Assembly: GCF_964355755.1 (NCBI RefSeq)
Contig: NC_092674.1
Span: 11,718,001 to 11,782,000 of the forward strand
From: Antedon mediterranea
Taxonomy: Eukaryota > Animalia > Echinodermata
Reading direction: 5' to 3'
Length of the DNA: 64,000 nt
A model generated the notes under the pieces. The model worked only from the letters and a program-made list of their open reading frames with translations, did not search any database and was not told the origin of the DNA. This document shows positions 34,673 to 47,900 of this stretch, one piece after another. A program made the translations under genes and the position numbers. Numbering within the stretch: position 1 is the first letter of the stretch; every line of letters starts with the position of its first letter.

Positions 34673-35100
34673 CTTGTAAATCCCGTTTCTTGTTTAAATA
34701 GGTCTTCAGCTAAAACCATTCTGGCGGGTAGAGCAGAGTATATTTTAACATTTTGGTAAAGGTTGGCTAGAAGAAAGGCGTAGCGGTATTCTTCGTTTGT
34801 GAGCTTCGGGACTTCTTCAGTCATACTCATCCAACTAATGATACTCATCTGAGTTCGAGTTGTGTTGTTTACTAAGAGCTCTCGCCGTACGGTCTCACTG
34901 CTCAGACCCTTGTTAAAGTTACGGTGGCCCACAACCCTGATGGTCGTGCGAGTGCCCACATCATGTTCAAAGCCAACCACAGAGGCTAGATTCATTCGTA
35001 TGACACAGTGATGTTGATCAATCTCTCTTCCAGCGTTTGATCCTAATAAATGACCAGAGCTTGTCACAACAGCACAGTCATTGCAAATAAGGCGAAGACT
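34673..35100 (-). CDS. ST6GALNAC: sialyltransferase copy A, sialylmotif L exon
   Basis: AG/GT bounded, 428 bp: [54 protein letters not shown], as in ST6GalNAc III-VI. Confidence 0.92.
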
Positions 35101-35507
35101 CTAAGAATAATGATCAATAATTAATATTAAATTTAATTTATTATGTTTAATTATTTCGGGTTTTAATCTTCAAAACTTCAATTTCAATTTAATTTATATC
35201 CACAATATAATAACATATAATTATACAGGATAATAAAAGCAATGAAGTAATGTTTTGAAATGTTTTATATCCGGAAGTATGTTAATGACATGAATCACAT
35301 GAGGAAAGTAGGTTAGTGTGGGATCAAACTCTGCCTACAAACAGAGAACATGATCTGTTATAAGATGGTGATGTAGTTTGAAGGTTTTCATGGCGAAATC
35401 AACATGTTGAGATAAAGTTTGAGGTAAAAAAAACTGTTGAGTTTCTCAAATTTATATATTTCCTTATAAGTAGCCAGATAACATCATAAACAATTACCAA
35501 TTAATAC

Positions 35508-35663
35508 CTTATTAGCAGCTAGACTAACATATCCAGGAAATTTTTTACTTATGAGTGATTTTACTCCGAGGGTTAACGTACCATTAAAGAAAGTTAACGT
35601 AAACAACGCCGTCATCACACATGAGTAACAGATTACAAGCAGAAATGGTATTGTTGAATGTTT
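35508..35663 (-). CDS. ST6GALNAC: sialyltransferase copy A, transmembrane/stem exon
   Basis: AG/GT bounded, 156 bp: KHSTIPFLLVICYSCVMTALFTLTFF...FPGYVSLAANK. The upstream ATG exon was not located. Confidence 0.8.
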
Positions 35664-36041
35664 CTAGTAGAAATATAATGATAATAATAATCAGTTCTTC
35701 AAAAAAGATGAGTAAATATAATCGATATCGAATATTTATAACATTCTGTTTCTACTACTTCCATCTTCTTTCTATACAATAACATAATTATATATTATTA
35801 AATGGTATGCTCGCTTCGCTCGCGTACCAGGGGTCTCCACAGATGGTTCTCGAATTCAATAGAACCCACGGGGATATTATTGGGACACTAAACAAAAACG
35901 GAAGTGTCCCCTTAATTGGGGTATTCGGAAATAAAGACAAAATAACGAATACTGGATACCATAAAGAACAATTCATTGATGTGGACGAAACTTGGAGAAA
36001 TTGAGGAGAAATGGAAATTTAACTACGGGGATTGGGCGGTA

Positions 36042-36379
36042 CGCGAAATTTTCTTTACTCGTCAGAAAAGGCAGAAATCATGAATAATTCATTACCTTAA
36101 TTATTTTCTATTATAAAGAATTGCAAGATAGCTGATCTACTTCCTAAATATACTAAACCTAACCCTCTAAATAATCTCTCTCAACTATTTAAAAAAAACA
36201 TGTTCTTGAAAGACCTCGAAACGAGGGCTCCAGCGTAATAGGTTAAAGCCTTTACCACTAGACCAAACATTTCGGTTGGCAAACGCTGTTTACACAAATT
36301 ATTTAATATCTCTGCAAGCTTATATAGCGCCCTCTCTAATGTGGCATATTATTATCTGACGAGTAAAGAAAATTTCGCG
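36042..36379. mobile_element. MITE-like segment with perfect 25-bp inverted repeats
   Basis: CGCGAAATTTTCTTTACTCGTCAGA (36042-36066) and its reverse complement (36355-36379); no clear TSD. Confidence 0.55.
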
Positions 36380-37069
36380 GGCGGCACGGGGTGGTGATGA
36401 TGGAACCGCAGTCATAAAGTTGATTGTATTTATACAGTATAAGAGAACCACACTAAATAAATACAGTAAGACATTCGACGATCGGAGCATGTTTATGTTA
36501 TGTTGTGTTCCGTTATGTTTTCACCATTGGCAGCCATTGGAGTGGAGATGTATCATGGAGGTTGGTGTTTGCCTTCCAATCCCAAGGTCCGGAGTTCAAT
36601 CTTGACTTAGTGCCATATATGGTTATAACTCACACTCTTTCATCTGCACTTTCCTAAGCCTCAAATGAGACTTAGTTTAACTGCATGATGCCTATTATAT
36701 ACTCTACGATAGAACCATTTGATTTCATAAATTTTTATTTGATGTTGTATGAGTAGGTCTAATAAAGTGTATTTTGTATTCTTGTTAGTGTAACCATGTA
36801 CACATCAGTAGGCCTTATAATTCGCTGGTTGGATGGTGACCGAAAACGTGAGCTATAGCCGCAAAAATGACCTAGTTTAGTTCTTATAAGCCTAACTACA
36901 CTCCCAGTTCGATGAATCTTCATGAATCGGTCGTGGATCTAAAATTATCCGAAAGCCACTCTTAGTGTTAAATAAGTTTACTGTTCTGTATACAACACCC
37001 GACACTATTTCTAATCTAAGCATTTGTCGAAATAATGCTCCCTCTATTTACCAAGCAATTTGAAGCTTC

Positions 37070-37717
37070 AAATACAGATTGGAATATGTTCCATTCATCG
37101 CAAATCAATACATTTGTATAAACGTATATTAAATTTGAAACCAAATTTTCGTTTATATTGAAGGACAAAACTACGTTGAAACTTACTCAACGTTTCATGC
37201 ATTTTCACCGCACTTTTTCAAGGTAGTGATGTCAGCTTGTTTTGCCCACACTGATCATGGCATAGTCACGTGATGTTATTGTGACATGCGCCCTCTATTA
37301 ACGTATATTAAATCTATCAAAAGGGTACTTTTTTTTTAGAAAATCGGCATGTCTTCAACATTATGATGCTGTACTCGAGCGGTTCAACCAGTTTTCAGCT
37401 ATTAAAAACAATTATTGTAGGAGGAGATAGGAAAATGCGAAGCATCCTCGCATTATTGTGTGCGGGTATTTTTCAATTGTATTAGGCAATGTATACCACG
37501 ATCGAAAAACACCCTATTTGGGGCAAATCGTTGAATCTAAATTCGTTTAAATTGTCAATAACTAATTATCTATCTCAATTTAATTAGTAAACAGGGTTAC
37601 ATCAGGTGGTTAAAATCATTACCCAAAGTACGAACCAACTTTATATACCATCGAGTAAAAATTCTAGAAGTAAGGCATGATTTACCGAATTTTCCCTAAC
37701 GTAAATGTATATATAGA
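37070..37717 (-). mobile_element. Helitron family 2, 5' portion
   Basis: Homologous to 28159-28770. A degraded 3' hairpin lies at about 35802-35828 but its linkage to this copy is uncertain. Confidence 0.75.
37135..37299 (-). mobile_element. short insertion with 14-bp TSD, Penelope pseudo-LTR-like
   Basis: AACGTATATTAAAT at 37121-37134 and 37300-37313; minus strand carries a TTGAAAA...GAAACGTT hammerhead-like variant. Confidence 0.5.
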
Positions 37718-38745
37718 CTAGATGGACATTCTCGAATAAACAGTAATTTCAGCGAAACAAAACTGGCGATTTCAAATGTACGTACCGCAGGACTATAATA
37801 CATTGTCGTTAACAGAAACGAATAAATAGACACGATGATGTATGCAGTCAACTAAAATTAGTACCCTGGGAATTACTTACCGAAAGAGAAACCAAATTTT
37901 TGATTTTTGGACTCATTTAAACAAACCCAATTTGTGTTTTGTATGTAACATTAAGGTTGAGGGAAGGTACAAAGAGGAACAATTTTTAAACATATTCTTT
38001 TTCCACTCAGCAACGAAATATTTTTGTTCATGTTTTATAGGCCTATAAATAATATACCACTAAATACAGTAAAATATTTGCGATTTAACACTTTGTTAAA
38101 ACTGTCATAGTCGATTGAAAGAGTAAAGTACGTTTATATTTTTTTGTAATTACTAATTAATACAAACGTTGAGAAGCAACTGTTAGTAATATAGTTTATT
38201 TGTATATTATGTGTTTATAATCTAACAGTAGGGCTTCCCACACTCACAGTAATACAGTTTATTTGTATATATGTTGATATTATATCTAACAGTACAAACA
38301 CTCACAGTAAGAAATTTGCGATTCAAATGGCGACCAAAAGTGGTTAATAAGTATTTACAGTATTGTATAGTATTGCAATACTCTATCTTTTGGTTTTAAG
38401 TTTATTCTCTAAGGGACTATAGATTTACCTACCTTTGTTAAACCATGGAGGTATACCTCCATTAAACCGAATAAGTTGGAATGTTTTTCAGCCATTAAAA
38501 ACAATTATCGTAGGAGGAGATAGGAAAATGCGAAGCATCCTCGTATTATTGTGTGCGGGTATTTTTCAAGATGGACATCCATTAGAGAGTGTATACCACG
38601 ATCGGAAAACACACCTATCTGGGGCAAATCGGGTGGTTAAAATCAGTACTGAAAGTACGAACCAACTTTATATACCATCGAGTAAACATAATAGAAATAA
38701 CGCGCGATTTACCGAATTTTGCCCTTACGTAAATTTATATATAGA
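37718..38745 (-). mobile_element. Helitron family 2, internally deleted, head-to-tail with the previous copy
   Basis: A|TC start at 38745, CTAG end at 37718, CTAG|TC junction; hairpin largely deleted. Confidence 0.82.
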
Positions 38746-39139
38746 TTATCTCCTTCCTTATTTCTAATTATATCCCAGTGCCAGATTTAGTATGCCCGTA
38801 GACCTACTAATAATTTTCTAAAGTTTTGATATTATTGTTTAGTTTTGTTTTCTCTTTTGTAGCTTGAACCAACACTTTTTTCATTTATTTTTCATTCAAT
38901 CACTTAAGTGTTAATCAGTAATATTTTTGAGTTGTTAAAAATCTAGGTTTTTCATAACTTTCGTATATAACTTTTATATATATTATAACGAACCTTATGT
39001 AAAAGAAACAAATATCAAATTGTTTAGTATAATTAAGATCCAGATAATTACAAAATGATCGGGCTCAAACTACATTTAAATGTTACTCAATCTCTTTCAT
39101 AAAATATGAATTAGCTGATTTACAAAAAAGAGGCATAAT

Positions 39140-39740
39140 ATCATTAATTATTAAGAACAATTGGAGACCAATTAAATATCTATTATAAAATCATTGCTAA
39201 TGCTGTTGCAAACAGATTAAAACCCAGAATTGGTAAATTAATAGATACAGACCAAAAAGGTGTACATCAAAGGGAGATTTGCCGGAGAGAATGTTCGGCT
39301 TGTTGAAGACATTTCAGAATATACACTGATAAGCAGAATAAGGAAGGGGTTCTTGCTTTTTTAGATTTTTCGAAGGCATTCGATTCAATTGATAAATATT
39401 TTTTAATGAAGTAATTGTCAAAATTTGGTTGTGGTAAAGATGGGTGAAAACCCTATATTGTAAAAGTAAGTCTATTACTACAAATAATGACTGGTTATCA
39501 AACGTTTTAATACGAATAGTCGGATTAGAAAAGGATGTCTTCTATCTTCATTACTTTTTTATTAGCTGTTGTTCTAATGACATAGTGAGCTATTGGGTTG
39601 AAAAGGTAAATATGTTTGAAAAAATTAAAAAAAAAAAAAAGAAAAGAAATCTAACTCTATTTGGTAAAGTAACCGTAACAAAAATATAGCATTGTTAAAA
39701 TGAATCTATATAATGCCAGCATTATTGACGTTCCAAAGCA
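39140..39740 (+). mobile_element. L1/Tx1-clade LINE RT fragment, degenerate
   Basis: Hand translation gives NNWRPI, YKIIANAVANRLK, IKGRFAGENVRLVEDI, FLDFSKAFDSID and KRNLTLFGKVTV. Confidence 0.8.
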
Positions 39741-39744
39741 TAAT

Positions 39745-41065
39745 ATAATTTACGTCAGGGCAAAATTCGGTAAATTGCGCGTTACTTCTAGAATGTTTAT
39801 TCGATGGTATATAAAGTTGGTTCCTACTTTCGGTGCTGATTTTAAACACCTGATGTAGCCCTGTTTACTAATAAAATTGAGTTAGATAGTTATTGACAAC
39901 TGAAACGAATTTAGGTTCAACGATTTGCCCTAAATAGGGGTGTTTTTCGATCGTGGTATACATTGTCTAATGGATGTCAATCTTGACAAATACCCGCACA
40001 CAATAATACGAGGATGCTTCGCATTTATCTATCTCTTCTACGATAATTGTGTTTAATAGCTCAAAACCGATTGAACAGCTCGAGTACAGCATCATAATGT
40101 TGAACACTATTTTGATAGATTTAATATATACATTTATACAAATGTATTGATTTGCGATGAATGGAATATTCCAATCTCTCAGTCTCTCCTAGTATAATTA
40201 TTTGGTTTAACACAAGCCCTTGGAGGATACAAATAAAACCTTTATATAATATATAGTATTTCAATACTGTAAATACGTATTAACCATTTTTGGTCGCCAT
40301 TTCAATCGCACATTTCTTACTGTGAGTGTGGGTAGATGTAAACACATATACAAATAAATGTATTACAGTGAGTGTGGATACTGTAATCACCTGTAATCAC
40401 CTGTCTTGTCGGGCTCGTAAGTAGACCATACATTTCTGTATGGTACATGTCATGCCCTCCCAATTTCATCAAGTCATCACTGCATGGTTTGTTTTTTTTT
40501 TGGTTTGTTTTTTTTTTTCATTCGTTTCCTTGATTTAAATTCTTATGCAATACACTTTATCCCATAAAAGTAAATTTGTTGTATTTTCTTTCAATGAATT
40601 TATCAAGTTTATTTTTAAAGGCGTTTACTGTGGTGGTGTTAACGGCTTCCTCTGGTAGACTATTCCATAGGTTAACAATTCTGTAAGAAAAATTGTACTT
40701 GCGGATATCCAGTTTAGGTCGTCGCTTATATATGGTGTATCTATGTCTTCTTAGGTTTCTCTCGTATGTTTTCATAGGGAAGAAGTTACGCATTCCACTA
40801 CCACTTAGGCCTGTCACCATTTTAAAAACTTGAATCATATCTCCTCGTAATCTTCTAAAGGCCAATGTTGGTAGATTTAGTCGTTTTAGGCGTTCTGTAT
40901 AATCCAAGTCTTTTAATGATACTGATAGATGTATAAAGGCATAATATACAAATGAACTTTATTACTGACAGTTGCTTCTCAACGCTTGTATTAATTAATA
41001 ATTACTCAAAATATAAACGTCGTAGTGGTGTATCTTTACATGTACTTTACTATTTCAATCGAGTA
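39745..41065 (+). mobile_element. Helitron family 2, degraded copy interrupted by CR1
   Basis: Homologous to 28165-28520 and to other copies; termini eroded. Confidence 0.75.
40400..40920 (-). mobile_element. CR1 LINE 3' fragment
   Basis: ORF 40557-40907: YTERLKRLNLPTLAFRRLRGDMIQVFK...FSYRIVNLWNSLP...FKNKLDK. Confidence 0.9.
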
Positions 41066-43289
41066 ACTGACACGTGCCACTTTTTCGTATTCACGTACAG
41101 CAATTTTTATGAAAATAAGGAATAATTAACTTAAAACTAGTTGCATCTATCATTCCGTCGGATCAATTTTTCCATTGAAATATACATCCAACCAATCGTG
41201 ATCAATGCATCTAGCGCGCACATTTCGAACAGCCGGGGCCGGTATTGTCTTCTTACGCCAAGATATAGTTACAAGTTCTTTTGTGCGTTTGAGTGTTAGT
41301 TTTGTGGTATGATGTCTCCCGCGTGATTATGGATGATCGGGCATGTTATAAACGCTATTGTAGTAAACGCCAGCAATGTCGAAACAACTGCAGTAATTCA
41401 CCAGTAATGTAGTAAAACATCCAGCTAATGTAGAAACACCAACAGCTTATGTAGTAAATAACATGGCCACAATTTATACTTAATGTGTATAAAATATAAT
41501 ACCATAAGAAAATTATAATTATGTTCGTGTAAAAAGAAAGTGTTAAAGAAATGCTATGAACATATTTAAAGTATAATTGTCATTAATAATTGGTATTAAT
41601 TAAAATTATAATTGGTTTGTTATGGCTATTTGAGTATTAAATACTTGTAAATAGTTATGAAAATGTAATTTTGTTTTATAATTATTATTATTATAATTAT
41701 TATATCTTAATGTATGTATAAGTAAAAATTATAAACATCTGTATTAATTGAGTAGAGTAGAGAAACAAGTATTAATGAAAACTGTGCATATAAAGATAAA
41801 TATTATTTAAGAAATAAAAGTGGGTAAAATCCCCACAAAAGAGTGAAAAGAAATAAGATTATGAATTTGAATGAATTTAACCCATAAGTACGTTTACATG
41901 CTAATTAAAAATCCATCATGCAACTGGTTTCCCTAGGCTAAAAATTCATTTATGAATTGAAAATGACGCACAGTTTTTGTTTGAACTACGACTAAAGTTT
42001 GACGTAAGGTTAATTGTGCTATGTTACATTATTCGTTTTCTTATATTCAAAAGTATTTTCCATGACTTGTCTTTTGTAAAATACAACAATAGAGCATTTC
42101 CAACAAACAGTAGGCTTACTAAACAAACAGGCGTATACAATGAGAAAAAGACACCACGAATAATACGGTGTATTAAAGTAGAGTTGATGTTATTGTTGTT
42201 CGATTTATAAAGCGCTTATACAATCGAAAGATTGTCCCAAAGCGCTGAGAAAAAAAAAAGAAAGAAATTACAAAGAAAAAAGATGGGTTTTTAAGAGTGT
42301 TTTGAAAACTATGGTAGAGGATGCATTTTTAATATTTTTTTTAAAATAATAAAATAATTAATAATAATAATCAACTTTTCTTTTCCCAAAGTCATTGGCA
42401 ACCGGCCATACCCATATTACTATTTACAATGGATAACTGACATGATAAATATTTGGCAAACCAAAAATTTATTTGAGCGAGCAGTTCCTGAAATTGAAAA
42501 GCAAACCGGGACAAAAGTATGAAGAAAAAGTGTAATAGATTTTCATTTAGATCCACATGCACATATTATAGGCCAGACTTTTAACCATACGTATGCCCTA
42601 CAGTATAGTTATTGTAGAATTGTGAAATATCGTCTGATTTAAGTGTATTTCGTTTATTCTCAAAATACGAAACTCCTAATATATTCTAATTTCCGAAGGA
42701 AATATTCTTTGAGTCAATTTTATTACTTTACTAGTGGTATAGATTTGTTTTCATTCAGAGACAACAGAATGTACAAAATAATAATAATATCTTTGCGCTG
42801 TACACAAACACGATCAAGTGATGCATTAGTCCCATACTATACTTTGTTCTACAGATTGGGATTTCTAACACGAAGTAAATTCCTACATTCGTATTCCAGG
42901 CAATGCCTGCCTTTAATTATAATTATATTTAGGCCACAGGCACATAGATTCACAAATATATTACAGTACATACCGGTACGTGGATTCACTTATTCAACGA
43001 TACAAAATAAATGCTTTGAGAGATTAACGTAAGCACATTAATTTGTTAGTAACTTTGAAAAATAGGGATTGCGCTAATATTAAGGACTCAGTAAGGTTTT
43101 GTCTTATAAGTCAGACAAACAAGACAAATATTTACATTACAATAGTGAATAGATATACTCACATATGTATTTTGAATTCTTCTACAATACACCGGCGCCA
43201 TTGCAAAGTTACGTAAAGACTGTAGAAACAAACAATGGATATTTACAAAAATAGTGATAACTCATCAACAAAATAAACGAATATATACC

Positions 43290-43725
43290 TTGATATATGT
43301 AGTTCTTTGAGAGTAAACCAGTTATGTAAATAAAACTTACGTTTGCAAGACAGTTTCGTCTAGCTGTCAGCTTGACTTCCTCAGTTGCTATGCGTTATGA
43401 CGTGGATTTATCTCCTTTCCATCTACTGGATGTTTTTGGTGTATAGGGGACCAGTTGTCGTCAGTAGCTGATCATAAATATGAGATAGTTGGTGCGCGCC
43501 TTCGTCTCTATTCATCTTTTTATTTTTATTTTGCTTTCTTATACTGATGCTTTCTTTAATTTACATCTATATTATCCCAGTTCGGTATGTGATTATGTTT
43601 GATCATAATATGGTCCGTGATCGCTGATTTATGTACAATGGAGGACGAAACTTTCCGCGATGCGCGTGTCTGGATGTTCTGTGTGTTTTCCTCAACATAT
43701 TTCTTGTGTTCTTTAATTCTGGTTA
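43290..43725 (-). mobile_element. Penelope-like element 3' fragment (GIY-YIG C-terminus plus pseudo-LTR)
   Basis: Hand translation gives TRIKEH...HKSAITDH...NWDN...MNRDEGAHQLSHIYD; absent from the paralog. Confidence 0.82.
43345..43388 (-). ncRNA. minimal type I hammerhead ribozyme
   Basis: Minus strand GCAA-CTGAGGA-AGTCAAGCTGACAGCTAGAC-GAAAC-T-GTC-TTGC: conserved core, stem I GCAA/TTGC and stem II. Confidence 0.75.
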
Positions 43726-43872
43726 ATTAATTCATTATTAACAATAAACTATTTAGGCTAAATGTTACCTCTAAAATCGAAAATACAGTGGGCTCATTAC
43801 CTTTATCTTGAGGTCAAGTATACTTGGTGTGTATTAACCATACGGCATAATAAGTTTAATCGTCAGTCGGAA

Positions 43873-43977
43873 CATAGAGATGTGCACCCGATTCTCGTAC
43901 TGTACTGTGTCTAGAGACAATAAACTGCATGGCTGTTTAGCGTTAAGTGATTATAGTCCCACTATAATATCCCTATG
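43873..43977. mobile_element. P-superfamily-like miniature element or filled footprint
   Basis: Termini CATAGAGAT...ATCCCTATG; 7-bp TSD GTCGGAA/GTCAGAA. Confidence 0.6.
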
Positions 43978-44942
43978 GTCAGAAGCTTATTGACTTTGTG
44001 TAGTCATGCCTTTCAAATAATTTATACGGAGGCCTGTTAGTGCCATATTCGACTACACATTCTTCATACTATAATATTTTGTTAACTGTTTCACAAGTGC
44101 CATATTCAGTTATTTTTTTCAAATTATGGGGCTATAGTTAAACATTGACTCTACATCAAATTTAAGTAATTAAATTATCACATCTGACTGAGTACAGTAA
44201 GACAATGTTTGTACTGTAGTATAGTCATTACTGTAGGTCCATGAATAGTTATTGTGTAAATAACACGCAGACTGAGTAATTACATTTATAGATTTGGCAT
44301 TTTCCCAAAAAAATTCAAAAAATAATATAAATTGATCTGTCCCTGCACTAATTACAATATAAAACGAAACAAATAGTTTAAAAAGCTTTATTCAAATACT
44401 AGAGTATAATAAATAGTGCATAGAAAACGATAATGTGAATAAGAAAGACAGATTGATAATGTTATTTCTTCTTTCGTATCAACCTGTTTATAAATAGGGA
44501 CAGTAGTAACACAATTAAATTAAATTTTATTATAGGACCTACTACTAAAATATACTTGTTTCCCCAATCTCGAAAGGCTGTTCCAAACTTAAAAGCTCCA
44601 GTGTACTGTCCATGTGGCTCGTGTTAACCCAGTTCATCTGGGGGTTACGCTAGTGTATTGGTCCATCTCAGCCCATGTCGTTGTGGACAGCAGACGAACG
44701 AGCGCCGTTTGATGGAAACAAATTCGTCTTGTGGAAAATCGACTTTAGGGGAGAAGAAAGTTGTTGTTCACAAGTCGCAGGTTATTCACTCAACAATCGT
44801 TGCATTAAATCAAATAACATGCTAAAAACACGTAGTCTTGTTTGCCTCGATATGTTCTCATTTGCCAATACAGATACCATTATTATTAAACATGGACATT
44901 CTATTATGAAGTTCAGGCGTAAATACATAGCTAAATTCTAAA

Positions 44943-47900
44943 TTAAGTATTTCTTATATTACCCTTTCTCGTCAGTCTTTTTTTTTTACGTTTTTTCTTT
45001 AATTTATTATTTACCGAAACATTATGCTGCTGTTTAGATAATAAGATATTGCTTTGTAAATTATTACTTTGTTTATATTCATTCAAAGCAGGCCAATGTT
45101 CAAGACTTAAATTTTCTTCGGTAATATTGCTTAACGGCTTATGTCCTTTAACTCTAGTTTTATTCCTTTTACCTTGTTTTTTTAATATTTGACGATTTAC
45201 ACCATGTTGATCTGTTACCTTTTTCCGATGTTGACTTAACTCTTTTCTTTTGGAGTTAAACTTGTCCAAAAACGGAGTATGTAAAGTTCCATTTTCCTTC
45301 TTAACTTTCTTTGGCCACACAGGATGTCTAAAAGTAATGTTTTTGTAGGTTGACCACCGACGAAAAATTGCCTTCTCAGTGATGAAGAGATGGCCACCCC
45401 GTTGTTTATTTTCACTCTTATTATAATAGGTACATTCTGATATTGTCTTATCGTAATAGTGATATGGGACCCGAGTATTCGTAGAACTATAAGATATCAA
45501 AATAAATAATAATGATTATTATTAACATTGAGTTTCTAAGCGTGTTTTGAAGCGGTGAAGGCAGTTTGGGCAACTGCCGTATCCGTATACGTATATGGGT
45601 AAAACGTGTGTACTACGTCACACATTCTATGTAGCTTGACATCATACCGTACGTACATGAAACCGGTTTTTGATGCCTTCGACGTGCGGATTGCACACGT
45701 TTATTCATTGAACATTTATTTGTTAAACGTGGCACAGTATGATCACATTTTTACCAGCAACACTTAAACATAAATTATTCAAGAAATTCAGAGTTTTGAT
45801 TTAAAAATGTTCCAAGAAAACGAAAACAAAAAAATGTTGGCTATGCTTACATTCCTTTAGCCCTGTAACGATACGTAAAATGATTTTGTCCAAATAAAAA
45901 CAACGCTATAAATTCAAACGTATCTGTATACGTGTTGTGACACTGATAGGTATTCGTATACGTGAGTTTGCCCAAACTCTCTAGCAGTAATATTATTAGG
46001 TATGCAGATATCTGTGAATGGATGGAAATAAAATGACCCTATTAGAACTTTCGTCTTCGAAGCAACACAGCTAATATTGGAACGTAATACATCAACACTA
46101 TTTATTATAGTTCATAATCTTATTGTGTCAACATTGTTTTTTTAATAGTGATTAGAAGTATAATGGACAAGTGTTAAAACACTTCTAGATCATGGACTTA
46201 TCAGTCTCGGTGTGTTACCTGCAAAAATCTTCATATACCATCCAGTATACAGTCATACTAGGACAGAATTCCATAGCATGCACCATTGTATACCATCCGG
46301 TTGTCAACATTGTGCTTACCTCTTTTCTGTTAAATTATAATACATATTATTATCTATAAGATTAATCATTTCGATGGTTGATTGTAAGCAACCTTTGAAA
46401 TTCAAACGAGATAGGTTTTAGATATTTTTTATAAATAAATAAAGCAGTAACAAGAATTCGTATGGTCGATAATAGATTATTTTACTACACGATTAATTAG
46501 AAATAATTTAAAATAAGCCGATACCACAAAACAACAACAACAGGCCTATACCAAGAATGCACTGGTAAGACATTACATAACCTGTTATATTAACCTGCCA
46601 TTTTAACCCCAATAATAACAATTCCGGTAGTACTGGAAAAATGATTACTAAAATCTACCAAAAATATAAAATTATGACGTGGTCACCATTAGAATTCGAT
46701 AATAATTATAAGATCTACTGTATATATTAAAACCATTTTTTCCGATTATGAAGCACTAACACGGTCCTGATAACAAAACAAACACACACACCCACACACA
46801 CAAAACCCAAAATCAAAGGAGGTCTGAGTTACAGGCCAACACTAATTAAATTAGTATTGTTTTTTAGAAGCCTAATATTTAAGTAAACGCACACATATGC
46901 TTGTGTTAACTTGTATAACCAGTTTGGTTTTTAAAGAGGTCCTCAGCTAACACTATTCGGTCTGGTAGAGATGAGTATATTGGAACATCTTTGTAAATGT
47001 TTCCTAGAAGAAAGGCGTAGCGGTATTCTTCATTGGTTAACTTAGGAACCTGTTTGATTATATTCATCCAACTGATAATAATCATTTCTGTCCGTGTTTT
47101 TTTTGTTTACAAGGACCTCTCGTAGCACACTCTTTTTACTTAGACCTTTGTTAAAGTTCCGATGGCCCACGACTCGTATAGTCGTGCGAGTGCCAACATC
47201 ATGTTCAAAGCCAACCACAGAGGCTAGATTCATTCGTATGACACAGTGGTGTTGATCAATCTCTCTTCCAGCATTTGATCCTAATAAGTGTCCAGAGCTT
47301 GCCACAACAGTACAGTCATTGCACGCAAGATGGAGTTTCTTAAAAGAATATTATTTATAATGAATTATTTAAAAAAAGAAAATGCTTTAATGTATTTGTT
47401 TTTAATACATTATTTCAGATGAAATAACAAGCGCAGTAGAGCCCCTATTAATAAGACATATTCTGGACCCAACACATTGTCCCATTAATATGGGTTTTTG
47501 TGGGAAACATATATACCAAAATAAACAATTTCAGATATTTTTACCACCTGTTAGATTTTTATTAATAATATAAATGTACATAATTATTTTGTATTACATG
47601 TTGTTTTTGAGATGAAGTAAATAATTATTTTGATTTGATTTGATTGAATCAACCATTGGCACACTCAAACTTGTCTTTTTCCCCTTAATATGGGTGTCCC
47701 CTGAGTAGGGAGTTCACCTTAGCGTTAAAACATGTATTGCCCCTCGTTTCACAAGAAAGTGCCCTTTAAAGGAGTGCCCGCTAAACGGGGATGTCCCAAA
47801 AAGGGATTCTACTGTATTTTATTTGCTAACGACATTGATATTTTTATGCAATTAAAATGTGAAATTGTGAATGCTTTTAATTTTCCTTTTCTTTCTTTGT

